From the NCBI GenBank assembly GCA_965645245.1, contig OZ287085.1, forward strand, positions 248,001-312,000: a DNA stretch of 64,000 nt. Reading direction: 5' to 3'. A program made the translations under genes and the position numbers. Positions 63,352 through 64,000 of the stretch are shown one piece after another (the stretch's first letter is position 1; each line of letters begins with the position of its first letter). A model generated the notes under the pieces. That model saw only the letters and a list, made by a program, of their open reading frames with translations. It did no database searches and was not told where the DNA came from. This DNA is from Massalongia carnosa. Its lineage: Eukaryota.

Positions 63352-64000
63352 ATGTACCAGTCCGAACAGATATATACCCTTCAAGTCACAGCGTTATCCA
63401 GCTCTCAGAACGGAGCGAATACAGCGTGGACCACTTGCATAAGTTTGAATGATGCAGTAGTAGCGCAAGACGTTGCGCTTATCGACCCTTATAATGAATT
63501 TGAAGCAGCTGAATGTAGGTGGTATCTCGAAGACTTTGCAGCAGTCTCACCAGACCAAACTGGGCGTGAAAAGATGGCAGCGGCCGACATCGATCGGTAT
63601 GGAAGGTCATTAGAAAGACAATTGCAATTGGGGAAGCTCTTGGATGATGGGTTGAAAAAGAGGGAAGCGAGCGATGTTGTGATTGAGATCGTCGTTCAAG
63701 ACGGTGGGGACTCCTCCAATCGGTCTAACAGTTGTAGCATTCACCGTCTCTACTGGGAGTGCCTCGAAAATCCTGATTACTGGATAACATCGACTCCTAT
63801 GCGAAAGATCATCGTGCGACGTCAGATCCACCAAGCCGATCAGAATGCGGGAGATCCTGAGACCCCGAACGAAATGAAGCGCCTCGGTCATTTTCTGTTC
63901 TTCTAGTAACTGCTCGGGATTGCTCAACAACAGCAGCTAGGAAACAGGAAATTGACCCGTTTGCGATTATGTCCATTCTACTCCATGTCAGGACTTGTCT
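63352..64000 (+). CDS. 5' part of a probable fungal CHAT-domain protein; frameshift near 63890; runs off the right edge
   Basis: DPY...CRWYLE.F...YG..L..QL...SIHRLYWECLE, followed in another frame by VLLVTAR...IDP. This resembles the segment upstream of CHAT domains; catalytic residues lie outside the window. Confidence 0.55.

Overview
This is a repeat-rich accessory region of a filamentous ascomycete genome, with spliceosomal GT-AG introns and CTRAC/CTAAC branch points. About half of it is transposable elements, often nested. These include an intact Ty3/Gypsy chromovirus, an intact Tad1-type LINE with RNase H, two DD34E Tc1 elements, a broken pogo/Fot1 transposase, two non-autonomous LTR elements that carry tandem arrays instead of genes, several solo LTRs, MITEs, a CACTA-like relic and a candidate SINE that shares the LINE's 3' tail. 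The host genes are mostly lineage-variable, immunity- or conflict-type families: a SesB-like alpha/beta hydrolase (cut by the left edge), an RBR/IBR E3 ligase, an OTT_1508-like deaminase, a large NACHT NLR, an SRPK-like kinase, a DUF4238 protein and a probable CHAT-domain protein (cut by the right edge). The NLR has a chimeric ankyrin + two-type TPR sensor and a fused ~740-aa C-terminal domain. Many host genes carry nonsense or frameshift lesions, while the young TEs are intact. No Starship captain (DUF3435) was seen. All calls come from reading the sequence and recalling motifs; no database searches were run.
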